Shown: one piece after another, positions 25,855 through 34,797 of the stretch
Layout: each line of letters opens with the position of its first letter
Numbering within the stretch: the stretch's first letter is position 1
Source of the DNA: an uncultured Ruminococcus sp.
Lineage (GTDB): Bacteria > Bacillota > Clostridia > Oscillospirales > CAG-272
Assembly (NCBI GenBank): GCA_902795355.1
Contig: CADBKZ010000006.1
Location: forward strand, 22,496 to 86,495
DNA: 64,000 bases
Direction: 5' to 3'
Position numbers and translations under genes: made by a program
Notes under the pieces: model-generated
What the model was told of the DNA's origin: nothing
What the model saw: the letters and a program-made list of their open reading frames with translations, nothing else
Databases searched by the model: none

Positions 25855-26106
25855 TTTCTGGTTCCTTTCTGTGGCTTTTGCCACTGTAAAATTTTATCTC
25901 AAACCGGTTGGTCCGGTAAAAGATCACGGGAACGCGCGGCAAGCGGAAAAGAACGCGCCAGCGAGCGCGGCGAGGGGATTATGATGGCTTTATTCCGCCT
26001 GTTACCGCGGACTGCGGATGATCGGATTCCCTATTTATTCTACCGCAATCCGCAAAAAAAGTAAATGCACTATTCGGAACAAATAGTTCCTTTTTTACGC
26101 ATCTTG

Positions 26107-26135
26107 TTGACAAACGAATGCAAAAGCGGTATAAT
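26107..26135 (+). promoter_or_regulatory. sigma-A type promoter of the AraC-family gene
   Basis: TTGACA 26107-26112, 17 nt, TATAAT 26130-26135. Confidence 0.6.
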
Positions 26136-26183
26136 TTTCATAGATTCAATCCAAAATTCAAACAGCGGGGTGGCACGGTTATT

Positions 26184-27035
26184 ATGCGAATCATCTATCA
26201 TCCATATAATAATACCCATATCTACCTGCCGAATTTTATTGACGAAAAACTGCCGCATGTGGTGGAAACCGGCCACAGCTATCCGGTTTCGGGGTACAAA
26301 TCGGACAAGCTCTTCCGCAAAAGTTATGTGATTCACTATGTGATCCGCGGGAAAGGAAAATACCACGGAGAACCGATAGAGGGTCCCTGCGCTTTTTTGG
26401 AAACGCCCAACAACGTTCATTATTACACCGTTGCCGACGGAACGCAATTTCCGCAATGGGAGCAATATTGGATCATGTTTTCGGGTTCCAACACCGAAAA
26501 ATGGTTGGAAAAAGCAAAAATACCAAACGCCCCGGGCGTTTTCCCATGCCCGTATATCGCCGAAGCGGTTGAAATCTTCAAAAAAATCCAGAACGAAAAC
26601 AACTACACAAACCAATCCGACTATTTTTATATGTTGGCTGGACTTTTTGAGCTGTTTTCCCTTCACCGGAAGAGCAAGAACATGCACCGCAAAGAAACGG
26701 ACAGCGACCGGTATGTGCATACCCTTATCACCTATATCGGGGAAAACTACGCGCAAATCAAGCTTGAACGCGAGCTTGCAGAGGTGATCCACGTTTCAAC
26801 GCGGTATATGCATAAGCTCTTCCGGCAGAAATTGGGGATCTCCCCCATGGCCTATCTCGTCAACTACCGGATCAATCAGGCAAAAAATCTGTTGATCACC
26901 ACAAACTATTCGATCAAGGATGTTTCGGAAATCGTCGGTTTTTCCACCCCAACCTACTTTTGCAGAACATTTGAAAAGCACTGCCACGGGCTGTCGCCTT
27001 CCGCCTATCGGAAAATGAAATCCAAACAGCCGTAA
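26184..27035 (+). CDS. AraC/XylS-family transcriptional regulator (cupin + HTH)
   Basis: MRIIYHPYNN... cupin-like N-terminus. C-terminal HTH ...LAEVIHVSTRYMHKLFRQKLGISPMAYLVNYRINQAKNLL...IVGFSTPTYFCRTFEKHCHGLSPSAYR. Visibly more AT-rich than its neighbours. Confidence 0.85.
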   Translation: MRIIYHPYNNTHIYLPNFIDEKLPHVVETGHSYPVSGYKSDKLFRKSYVIHYVIRGKGKYHGEPIEGPCAFLETPNNVHYYTVADGTQFPQWEQYWIMFSGSNTEKWLEKAKIPNAPGVFPCPYIAEAVEIFKKIQNENNYTNQSDYFYMLAGLFELFSLHRKSKNMHRKETDSDRYVHTLITYIGENYAQIKLERELAEVIHVSTRYMHKLFRQKLGISPMAYLVNYRINQAKNLLITTNYSIKDVSEIVGFSTPTYFCRTFEKHCHGLSPSAYRKMKSKQP

Positions 27036-27171
27036 TTTCGTCGCGGTTGCTCCGCGGGGCGGCCATGGCGTCCCCCAAAAAAACGCCTCGAAAGCGGGGC
27101 GCGCGGCAGATTCAATTTTATATCCCCCGACGGCGCGATACGAACTACGAACGCGGAACGGATTACGCCAT

Positions 27172-27214
27172 CTGACAGCGGCGGGGAGCGCAATGCGCTC
27201 CCCGCCGCTGTCAG
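27172..27214. terminator. 19-bp perfect hairpin between convergent genes
   Basis: CTGACAGCGGCGGGGAGCG CAATG CGCTCCCCGCCGCTGTCAG. Only weak U-tracts on either strand. Confidence 0.55.
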
Positions 27215-27225
27215 GTTTGAATGGA

Positions 27226-28425
27226 TCACGTTTTTTGGGCATACGGAAGCAAGGCCTGATACACGCCGGCCGTCCAACCGAGCATTTGCGGCGTTCCGTA
27301 CTCGGAAACCGCATCCGACGTTCCGGTTCCGACATTGTATTTTTCCCAAAGATGTCCGGTTTCCCGCTCGCATGTTTCCACCATCGAAACGTACTTTTGC
27401 GCGATTCTGCGCGCGTCGGCAGGTCTCCCGCAGTTTTGCAAAGCGAGAAATGCCGCGTATTGCAGGCAGGGCCACCCGTTTCCTGCGCCCCATTGGAATG
27501 TCCCGCCGATTGTCGGTTCGGAAGCCTGCAATCCGTACGGAAGCTCTAACGCGCGCAATAAAACGTCTATTCCCCCGTCGTCCCGCACCATTCCGGCAAA
27601 CTGCGGAAAGAAAGCCGCGCAGGACAAAAAGGAACTTTGTTTGCCGACGGTGTAGCGGTAATCGCAGAAAACGCCGGTTTCGGCCCGCATCAGACGAAGC
27701 ATGGTTTCCTTGCGGTTTTGCGCCCGCTCCGTGAATTGTTTTTGCTCGTCGCCGTTCGTATGCTCCGCAACGAATTGCTCGTCAAACCAAAGCAAATCAT
27801 TCAGGTCAACAGGGTTATATTCATGGCAAAGTCCGCCGAAACGCCCGCAAAAATCCCAGCCGGATTCGGCCTCGGCATAGGCGTTCATCCCCAGATATTC
27901 TCGGTCCCCGGAACGGACCACGCCCGTCCTTCTTTCATACTTTTCCAGCGAGGAAAGATAGAACGACCGATCTCCTTCGCAGGAATAGCGATTCAACCCA
28001 TTGGGCGACAACCTGCGGGTGTTCCAGAAATCCAATTCCCGTTTCAGCGCGTCGATCCCCTCTTTCAGCAGGTCGGCATTGCGGGTGGTTTCCCATACAT
28101 CCCGAAGCATCATGCCGAAGAAGGGTGGCTGCGAACGGGAGAGATACCGTTTCCGGCTCCCGTTCGGAATATAGCCGTAAGTTCGGATCAGATAGATGAA
28201 GTTGCGCAGATTGTTTTCGGCCTGTGCGGCCCGACCGGAACGCAAAAGCCCGAGGTTGGCAAAATAGGTATCCCAATAAAACAGGCATTGGAACATTCCG
28301 CTCACACACGGAACGGTGTAGGGGTACGGAAGAAAAAGGAGATCATCCGTCGGGGTTCCGGCGGAAAGACTGCGGGTGGTCAGGTCCCAGCTGTTTTGAA
28401 TTCGGTCGTTCAGATCCGGTTTCAT
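27226..28425 (-). CDS. GH37-type alpha,alpha-trehalase-like glycoside hydrolase (cytoplasmic)
   Basis: FYWDTYF, RSQPPFF, ESGWDF and QWGAGNGWPCLQ motifs resemble trehalase signatures. No signal peptide. ATG 28425. Confidence 0.7.
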   Translation of the reverse strand: MKPDLNDRIQNSWDLTTRSLSAGTPTDDLLFLPYPYTVPCVSGMFQCLFYWDTYFANLGLLRSGRAAQAENNLRNFIYLIRTYGYIPNGSRKRYLSRSQPPFFGMMLRDVWETTRNADLLKEGIDALKRELDFWNTRRLSPNGLNRYSCEGDRSFYLSSLEKYERRTGVVRSGDREYLGMNAYAEAESGWDFCGRFGGLCHEYNPVDLNDLLWFDEQFVAEHTNGDEQKQFTERAQNRKETMLRLMRAETGVFCDYRYTVGKQSSFLSCAAFFPQFAGMVRDDGGIDVLLRALELPYGLQASEPTIGGTFQWGAGNGWPCLQYAAFLALQNCGRPADARRIAQKYVSMVETCERETGHLWEKYNVGTGTSDAVSEYGTPQMLGWTAGVYQALLPYAQKT

Positions 28426-28442
28426 GCGGCGCGCTCCGTGAT

Positions 28443-29789
28443 TCAGACTTTTTCGGGATCCCATGGGAGCATCACACCCGTTCCGACCGATTCCACCGAT
28501 ATGGCGGATTCTTCGGGTTTCGGTTCAAGTTCCGGCTCCGGTGGGGCAAAAGGGACGGCCGTTACCGTTTCGTTCAGCTTCTCCCGCAAAAACGCGGTCA
28601 GAAGATCCGCCTCTTTTTTCTGTTCAGCAGCCGACGGGTGGTTGGTTGGGCGGTCCTCTTTTTCGGCCCGCTCAAAGCGCAGGGAGTAGATCCCCGCGGC
28701 GTCTCCCCCCGCTTCCTTGCAAAGAGAAAGGATCTCTTCCGAATAGTTATCGTTCATAGTATTATAGATCAGCAAAACCCTGCCGTTCGGGTTCCGGCGA
28801 AGGATCTCGCGAAGCAGCTGTTCCAACGCCTGATGAAACTGCGCGGGCTGTTGAAGCGACGCATCGTTGGTGCCGATGTTCACAACGGTAACGTCCGCCT
28901 GCCGGAGCGGCTGATACAGCGAGTCGGTGCCGCGCAGGGCGCTTGCGTACAGATACCCCTGATAAACGCCCGGGGTCCCTTTCAGCAATCCCTGCCCCGA
29001 AAGTGCGGTAACGGCATAGTCGGCGTTCAGCGCGGTTGCCGTTAAATAAGGATAGGCAAGCGAGCCGTCCTGATCGGCGTAGGATCCCTCATAATTTCCG
29101 ATAACACCCCACCCGCAGCAGATGCTGTCGCCGATAAATTCCAGATAGAGCGACTTTTCGGCAGGCGCGGCGGCGGAAATGGTTCCGGCAAAGGCCACGC
29201 GGGTAATTTCCGCGCGAGCGAGCGTATATCCCGTAACTTTAATCAGCCGGACGGTATGCTCCCCTGCCGGAATTTTCTTAAGAACCACCGGCGTCATGTC
29301 GGCGAGAACGGTGTAGTACGGCGACCCGTTCTCGTTGAGCCACGGTTGACCGTCCACATATGCGCGGAAATAGCAGGACGCATTGAAAGGCGCGGAAACG
29401 CGGGCGGTAAAGGCGATGTCGCCGCCGTCGGTCCGAATGTTCATTTCCAGACCCGAGCAGGTCCAATCGCAGTTGATTTGCGTGGACGACGGAAGATACC
29501 GCTTGCCGAGGATCCGGACGCCCTCGGTGGAGCTGTTCAGAGCATAGGTGTTGACTCCCTCGCCGACCGACGGGCGGTCGGTTTCGGCTTCCCCGACGGT
29601 ACGGGACACATCGGCCGACGTTTCCGCCGAGGCATTCCCGCCGCTCGCGGTTCCGGCGGGAGACGGCGAATCCGGTTTGGAGCCGCACCCCGCGGCGCAC
29701 GCGGCGAACAGCAGAACCGCGAGAAACGCGGCAACCCAACGCAACCGCATTTTCCGATTCCCCAGAAAAACGCTTTGAAAATCATTCAT
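28443..29789 (-). CDS. CE2-like SGNH/GDSL esterase lipoprotein with N-terminal beta-sandwich domain
   Basis: Lipobox LLFAACAAGCGS. LEFIGDSICCGWG (block I) and VVNIGTNDA (block III). The start is ambiguous: ATG 29789 or ATG 29750. Confidence 0.7.
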   Translation of the reverse strand: MNDFQSVFLGNRKMRLRWVAAFLAVLLFAACAAGCGSKPDSPSPAGTASGGNASAETSADVSRTVGEAETDRPSVGEGVNTYALNSSTEGVRILGKRYLPSSTQINCDWTCSGLEMNIRTDGGDIAFTARVSAPFNASCYFRAYVDGQPWLNENGSPYYTVLADMTPVVLKKIPAGEHTVRLIKVTGYTLARAEITRVAFAGTISAAAPAEKSLYLEFIGDSICCGWGVIGNYEGSYADQDGSLAYPYLTATALNADYAVTALSGQGLLKGTPGVYQGYLYASALRGTDSLYQPLRQADVTVVNIGTNDASLQQPAQFHQALEQLLREILRRNPNGRVLLIYNTMNDNYSEEILSLCKEAGGDAAGIYSLRFERAEKEDRPTNHPSAAEQKKEADLLTAFLREKLNETVTAVPFAPPEPELEPKPEESAISVESVGTGVMLPWDPEKV

Positions 29790-29806
29790 GGTTTGCCCCG
29801 ATCCTA

Positions 29807-30445
29807 TTACAGCGATTCCAAAAGCGCCTCGTACTTCGGCAGAAGCCAATCGTAGGCGGCGTCGGAAAAATGGTGGTTTTCGGGCAGACCGAGGGACAAT
29901 CCTTCGTCGATCCACGCGAGCTGCGCGGGGTTGCGGAAGGAAATGCCGCTGTAATAGTAGTTGTTGAAACACGGAATTGCCCAATTGCGACAAACCTCTT
30001 CCATTGCGAGTACGTATTCGAGGTCGGTATGCCCCTCGGTGGACGCGCCCCAACGGTTATAATTGGTCATAAACAGAATTTTCGCACGCGGGTATTTCTG
30101 CGTCAGACCGCGGATTAAAATGTTCAGCGCGCCTTTGAACGTGGTGGGAACGTCGTCCGTATCCTCTCCCACGGGAACGGCGAGCCTTTTATCGTTGGCA
30201 CCGCCGAGGACCACCACATAATCGGCTCCATCCGGCATTTCCGCATAGCGGCGGCACATGGGGAGATGTTTTGTTTCTCGCGGCTGTTCCGCAACGGTGT
30301 TCCCGTTCTGACCGAAATTATAAACGGTCATACCGCGTTTTTTTCCGAGTTTATTGACCCAAGTGGCCTCGTTGCCGAGTTTGTTGCCGTAAATCAGGGA
30401 ATCTCCGAGCGCAACCAGCGTTTTCCCGCTCAAATGATCGATCAT
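29807..30445 (-). CDS. SGNH/GDSL hydrolase (cytoplasmic)
   Basis: LVALGDSLIYGN and VVVLGGANDK blocks. The ATG at 30445 overlaps the upstream stop (ATGA). Confidence 0.75.
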   Translation of the reverse strand: MIDHLSGKTLVALGDSLIYGNKLGNEATWVNKLGKKRGMTVYNFGQNGNTVAEQPRETKHLPMCRRYAEMPDGADYVVVLGGANDKRLAVPVGEDTDDVPTTFKGALNILIRGLTQKYPRAKILFMTNYNRWGASTEGHTDLEYVLAMEEVCRNWAIPCFNNYYYSGISFRNPAQLAWIDEGLSLGLPENHHFSDAAYDWLLPKYEALLESL

Positions 30446-31929
30446 GATTGGCTGTCCTTTCCGAGGATCTGGTCGAAAATGCCGTTGATGTATTCCGCGT
30501 TGCCTCTGACCTCGTTGGTAAATCCCTCGGCGGTGTTGTTGGTAACGCAATTGCGCATTATTCCGAGCGCGCTCTTGGCCCAACTGAACCGCGAGCTGAA
30601 AATGCGCGCTTGGTCGCTGATGATTCCGTTCTTGATGATATTGAAGATTTTCCAATCGCTTTCATCGAAAGTGTAGCGGCGGAACACGCGCTCGAAAATT
30701 TCGGGCGTTGTGGTGCGGTACCCCTCGGACGCCAAGCACTCCATAACCGTTCCGGAAAGCTCGGGATCGGCCGCGCTGACGGGAATGCAATAGAAGCTAT
30801 GCCCGAAGCCCAACGCGGAATAATAGTCCGTTTGCGTTTCGTCCGCTTTCGGGAACGGAAGGAGCGAATAGCCCCAGCCCGATTCCTTGACCGCTTTGAA
30901 AACCGATGCCTGCGCGGTTCCGAACAACGCTCTTCCCGCTTTGAAGTTCGCGTTTCCGCTATCATAGAACCCGAAACCGGATTGCAGGAAGCGATTCAGA
31001 CTGCTGAAAAGATCGTAGGCTTTCACGCCGGTAAACTCCGGCGTCAGGCGTATGTTCCCCTCGTCGGTTTCGCGCGCAATGGTATAGCCGCAACCGTAGT
31101 AAAACCCGTCAATCAGGACCTGTGTGGAAACAATCAGGCCGAAGCGGTCGCCGCTATCCTTGACGCCGGATTGATTCAGGTCGGCATAAACGCCGCTCGC
31201 CTGTTTGTAGAGCTGTTCCAGCGTCCAATCCCCCTCGAACACGAAATCGCGTGGATCGTTCAGCCCCATGTTGTCTCCGATGTCGGTGTTATACATCAAA
31301 AACATCATATTATAAAGGATCTCGCCCGAAATATCGCCGGTTGCGAAAAAGAGCCGGTTGTTGATTTTGGAAATTTCGATCATTTTTTCGGACCACCACG
31401 GGCGATCCAACTCGGGATAGTTGAGAGCGGTTAAATCCTTGAGCGCGTTTTTGACCGCGAGCGTTCCGCCGGACATACTGTAACACCCGAGCAGATCGTA
31501 GGTGCTCCCGCCCATAATTTCGTTCATGGCGAAATCGCAGTAGTCTTTCTGGTGCGCGTTATCCCCATCGATCTGGTTCATCAGCAAGGTTACGCCGAGG
31601 CGGGATTCGACCGTCCGGTTCCGCGTATAGAATGAGCGACTGATGGAATCGGTGTTTTCATCCTGCGCGGACGTTCCGAATTCATCCACCTGCGAGGTGT
31701 TCCAGCAAAGAACGCGAACGTCCTTATTGTAATTTTTTTCGGGGATGGAATCTTTGAGGTAGCCGTTCGCATCGTAAAGGTTATCGGTTTCCGCCGTTGG
31801 TTCGGTTGCGGAGTCCGACGCAACGGGTTCGCCGCCATTGGGCTTCTTTTTGCCGCAGGATGCGAGCGAAAAAGCGGAAAACAACACCAACGCCGCGATG
31901 GCAATGCAAAGAATACGGTTGTTTTTCAT
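30442..31929 (-). CDS. extracellular solute-binding lipoprotein (sugar-type ABC SBP) without adjacent permeases
   Basis: Lipobox FSLASCGKKK. ~495-aa SBP typical of Clostridial carbohydrate transporters. No permease or ATPase gene in the locus. Confidence 0.65.
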   Translation of the reverse strand: MKNNRILCIAIAALVLFSAFSLASCGKKKPNGGEPVASDSATEPTAETDNLYDANGYLKDSIPEKNYNKDVRVLCWNTSQVDEFGTSAQDENTDSISRSFYTRNRTVESRLGVTLLMNQIDGDNAHQKDYCDFAMNEIMGGSTYDLLGCYSMSGGTLAVKNALKDLTALNYPELDRPWWSEKMIEISKINNRLFFATGDISGEILYNMMFLMYNTDIGDNMGLNDPRDFVFEGDWTLEQLYKQASGVYADLNQSGVKDSGDRFGLIVSTQVLIDGFYYGCGYTIARETDEGNIRLTPEFTGVKAYDLFSSLNRFLQSGFGFYDSGNANFKAGRALFGTAQASVFKAVKESGWGYSLLPFPKADETQTDYYSALGFGHSFYCIPVSAADPELSGTVMECLASEGYRTTTPEIFERVFRRYTFDESDWKIFNIIKNGIISDQARIFSSRFSWAKSALGIMRNCVTNNTAEGFTNEVRGNAEYINGIFDQILGKDSQS

Positions 31930-32783
31930 GGATGGAAAATCCTTTCTTCATTTTTGTTTTTGCGTGCGGTGGGAAAGGTCATTCTCACCAAAACGGGACT
32001 ATGATCGCTGACCAACATGGCTTTTTCGTTGATAACCGTTCGGTAAAGGTCCACATCGGCGTTCCCCAAAAGAAGCACATGGTCGATCGCGTCCTTGTAC
32101 TCGGTATGGTAAAAATGGTCGTCAAAGCGGTCGAACACCTGCTTTTCCTCATTCAGGATCGGGTAGGGATGGCATCCCATATGTTCTTCCCGACGGGCCG
32201 CCATGGGGCAGGTATCGCGGAAGCCGTGCGCAAGCATGTTCCGCACCGCCTCGCCCGATGGCTTGCAATTGTAATCCCCCGTTACCAAAACGGGGCAACG
32301 GTATTGCCGCTCCAATTGCAGACAAACGGCGATCAGTTCGTCGCTTTCGCTCCCGAGGTTGGCCGGATCGGTGTCGAAATGCGTGTTTACAACGGCGCAA
32401 AGCGAGTCGGTATCGCGCCGCGCGAGAACGCCCCACGTGAGCGTTCGGAAATGGGAGCGGTACCGCTCCCGATAGGGGTATTCGGTCCCCGCGGAATAAA
32501 CATGATGCCCGCTTGCCAGAACGCGGAAACGGTCGGCGCGGTAGAAAACGGGATTCCAATTATCATCTGCGGGAACATCCGCAACGGGAACTTCGGCATA
32601 GTCCGGCGCGAGCATTTGCGGCAGGCTGACTTCTTCATGGCGGAAAGGCCCATCAAATTCCTGCAAGCAGAAAATATCGGGGGAAAGATCGCGCAGAATC
32701 TCCGCCGCGAGGTCGTCGCGGTTCCATGCTTTTCGGGTCAATCGCCAGACATTCCAGATATTAAAGGTAACAATGCTGAACAT
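31926..32783 (-). CDS. endonuclease/exonuclease/phosphatase (EEP) family protein (cytoplasmic)
   Basis: VTFNIWN, DIFCLQEFD, LVTGDYNC and VSDHSPVLV motifs. Confidence 0.75.
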   Translation of the reverse strand: MFSIVTFNIWNVWRLTRKAWNRDDLAAEILRDLSPDIFCLQEFDGPFRHEEVSLPQMLAPDYAEVPVADVPADDNWNPVFYRADRFRVLASGHHVYSAGTEYPYRERYRSHFRTLTWGVLARRDTDSLCAVVNTHFDTDPANLGSESDELIAVCLQLERQYRCPVLVTGDYNCKPSGEAVRNMLAHGFRDTCPMAARREEHMGCHPYPILNEEKQVFDRFDDHFYHTEYKDAIDHVLLLGNADVDLYRTVINEKAMLVSDHSPVLVRMTFPTARKNKNEERIFHP

Positions 32784-32786
32784 GGG

Positions 32787-34643
32787 TCAGGATTCGCCTC
32801 CGAGGCAGACGCGGACATACAGCGGGTTGTGGTCGCTGATCAGAAACGCGTCGCGTAGTGTGATGGTCAGATAATGGCTGACCGTTACGGGGTTTCCGGC
32901 TGTCAGGCAATGGTCGATCGCAAACCGGTAATCTCCGGAGAAAGCGCGCCCCGCCTGATCATAGAGGTTGGTTTCGGAATTGAGGATCGGCTCGGAATGA
33001 AAGCCGCAAACATCGGTTTTCACCTTGGCCGCATCATAGGTATCCGAAAACCCGTTTTCGAGCATGGCGGAAATTACGGGGCCGGAAACGTAGGAATTGT
33101 AGTCGCCGGTTACGAACACCGTTGCGTTCGGATAGGCGTTTTGCAGTTCCTGCGCTTGCGCAATCAACTCCGCGGCCTCGCTCGCCTGAATCGCGTTTTT
33201 CTGCTCGGCGGTGTCGCCTGCGTCAATGTGAATGTGCATGTTCAGCGCGATTACAGTCTCCCCCGATTCGCGAACGCGGAACACCGCCCATGTAATGGTG
33301 CGGTGGTGCGTCCATTTGGAGTCGCTCGGGTAGGATTGCGCCATTTGCCATTCCCTGCCCTGCGAAAACAGCTGGTTTCCGCAGGCGAGCAGTTCCAAGC
33401 GGTCGGTCCGGTACAGAATCGGGTTCCAATTGCGGTCGGGCAACGCCTCGGCGCAAACGGCCTCGGCATAGGGTTCTCCCAACAGCGCGAACAGGTTGGT
33501 CTCTTCCAGCCGCCAGCGCGCGTCGAACTCCTGCAAACCGACAATGTCGGGCATGTAGGTGCGGATGACCGCCGCGGCGAGGTCGTCGCGGTTATAGCAG
33601 GAAGGTTTTCCGCTTCCGCAACCGAGCACATTGAAACTGATAATACCAATGCGCGTGAGACCTTCCGGCAGGCTCTGCGGAATTTCCGTCCGGAATACCA
33701 TTTCCGAGAAGTCGTGGCAGTTGTTTTTATCGCTTGCCAGCAGAATGCCGGAAAATTGACGGATCAGCGAATCGGCAAGGAGCGGATCTACCCACGCAAG
33801 AACAGGCTTGGCTCCGCAAAGCTGCATGGTAATCTCGTTCTCTCCGAGGTTGGAAAACACGGTTCCCGACTCGGTGCGGTTGGTGTTGCCCACAAGGATT
33901 TCACAAGCGGTTTCCGCCTCGCCGTCGGCAACGCAGGCAAGTTCATATCCCGTTTGCGAGCGCAGCAGCAGGCGCACCTGCTCCGCGGTATCCGAGGCGA
34001 GCAGGTCGGATGCGGGATATACGATGCGGTAATCGGAAAGCGAACGCCCGCCAATTTCCACAAGCCCGTTCGGATAGTTTCCCGCAACCGTTCCGAAAAA
34101 GGCGGCGTACAGGGCCCCGTCTTTTGCGAAAAGCCCGTTCAGAAAAGCGTCCGCCGCCGACGGGAGCATGTACTGTTCCTCGCCCGCGAGAATGATTTTG
34201 TTTCCGGCGACCGTAACCGAATAATCCCGATAGCGGAGAACGCGGCGCGCGGACGCGCTCTCCGCTCGGTTGGTAACGCCAACCAGAATTTCAAATCCCT
34301 TGCTGTTTTGCGCGGCGGGGCTATCGTCGGTGACGCATGGAAGCCGGACGCCGGCCCGCTCCAAAACGGCCGCCCGAACGGCTTCCGCAAGCTCCTTTTC
34401 CGCACTTCCGCCCGTTGCGGAGCGGACGATGATATAGTTGCTCTTCCCGTTCTCAACCAGAGCCACGGCAGAGGAAAGGTCGGGGACCAACGGCTCGGTT
34501 CCCGCCGACGCGCTCTGCGAAGCGGGATCCGAACCTGCGGGGTTCCCAGAAGCAATCGGTTCTTTCCCCTGCCCCGCAACGCAGGAAACGGCGGAAAACA
34601 GCAACAGAACGGCAAGGAAGAAAATCGGAACGCGCCGCATCAT
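32787..34643 (-). CDS. secreted EEP-family phosphoesterase with duplicated N-terminal domain
   Basis: Start taken at ATG 34643 (MMRRVPIFFLAVLLLFSAVSC). Two repeats of ...Y[IR]IV...EILVG.TNR.ES. EEP motifs ISFNVLG, DIVGLQEFD, FVTGDYNS, ISDHNPLYV. Confidence 0.75.
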   Translation of the reverse strand: MMRRVPIFFLAVLLLFSAVSCVAGQGKEPIASGNPAGSDPASQSASAGTEPLVPDLSSAVALVENGKSNYIIVRSATGGSAEKELAEAVRAAVLERAGVRLPCVTDDSPAAQNSKGFEILVGVTNRAESASARRVLRYRDYSVTVAGNKIILAGEEQYMLPSAADAFLNGLFAKDGALYAAFFGTVAGNYPNGLVEIGGRSLSDYRIVYPASDLLASDTAEQVRLLLRSQTGYELACVADGEAETACEILVGNTNRTESGTVFSNLGENEITMQLCGAKPVLAWVDPLLADSLIRQFSGILLASDKNNCHDFSEMVFRTEIPQSLPEGLTRIGIISFNVLGCGSGKPSCYNRDDLAAAVIRTYMPDIVGLQEFDARWRLEETNLFALLGEPYAEAVCAEALPDRNWNPILYRTDRLELLACGNQLFSQGREWQMAQSYPSDSKWTHHRTITWAVFRVRESGETVIALNMHIHIDAGDTAEQKNAIQASEAAELIAQAQELQNAYPNATVFVTGDYNSYVSGPVISAMLENGFSDTYDAAKVKTDVCGFHSEPILNSETNLYDQAGRAFSGDYRFAIDHCLTAGNPVTVSHYLTITLRDAFLISDHNPLYVRVCLGGES

Positions 34644-34783
34644 TCTCCCCAAGAAACCGAAATGCCGGTTCCGCTCTCGCCGAACACCATTTCACAATCG
34701 AACGGGTCGGAATCGGAAACGGTGAGAAGATCGGCCGGTTCAACCGGAATGAACATGATGGAAACGGTTTGATAATGTTTCAT
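34640..34783 (-). CDS. small ORF, 47 aa (MKHYQTVSIMFIPVEPADLLTVSDSDPFDCEMVFGESGTGISVSWGE)
   Basis: Own translation. SD GGGGGGA precedes ATG 34783, 14 nt after the upstream stop. The TGA overlaps the ATG of the next gene (ATGA at 34643-34640). N-terminal similarity to the ORF at 24589..24720. Confidence 0.55.
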   Translation of the reverse strand: MKHYQTVSIMFIPVEPADLLTVSDSDPFDCEMVFGESGTGISVSWGE

Positions 34784-34797
34784 AGCTGTTTCCCCCC

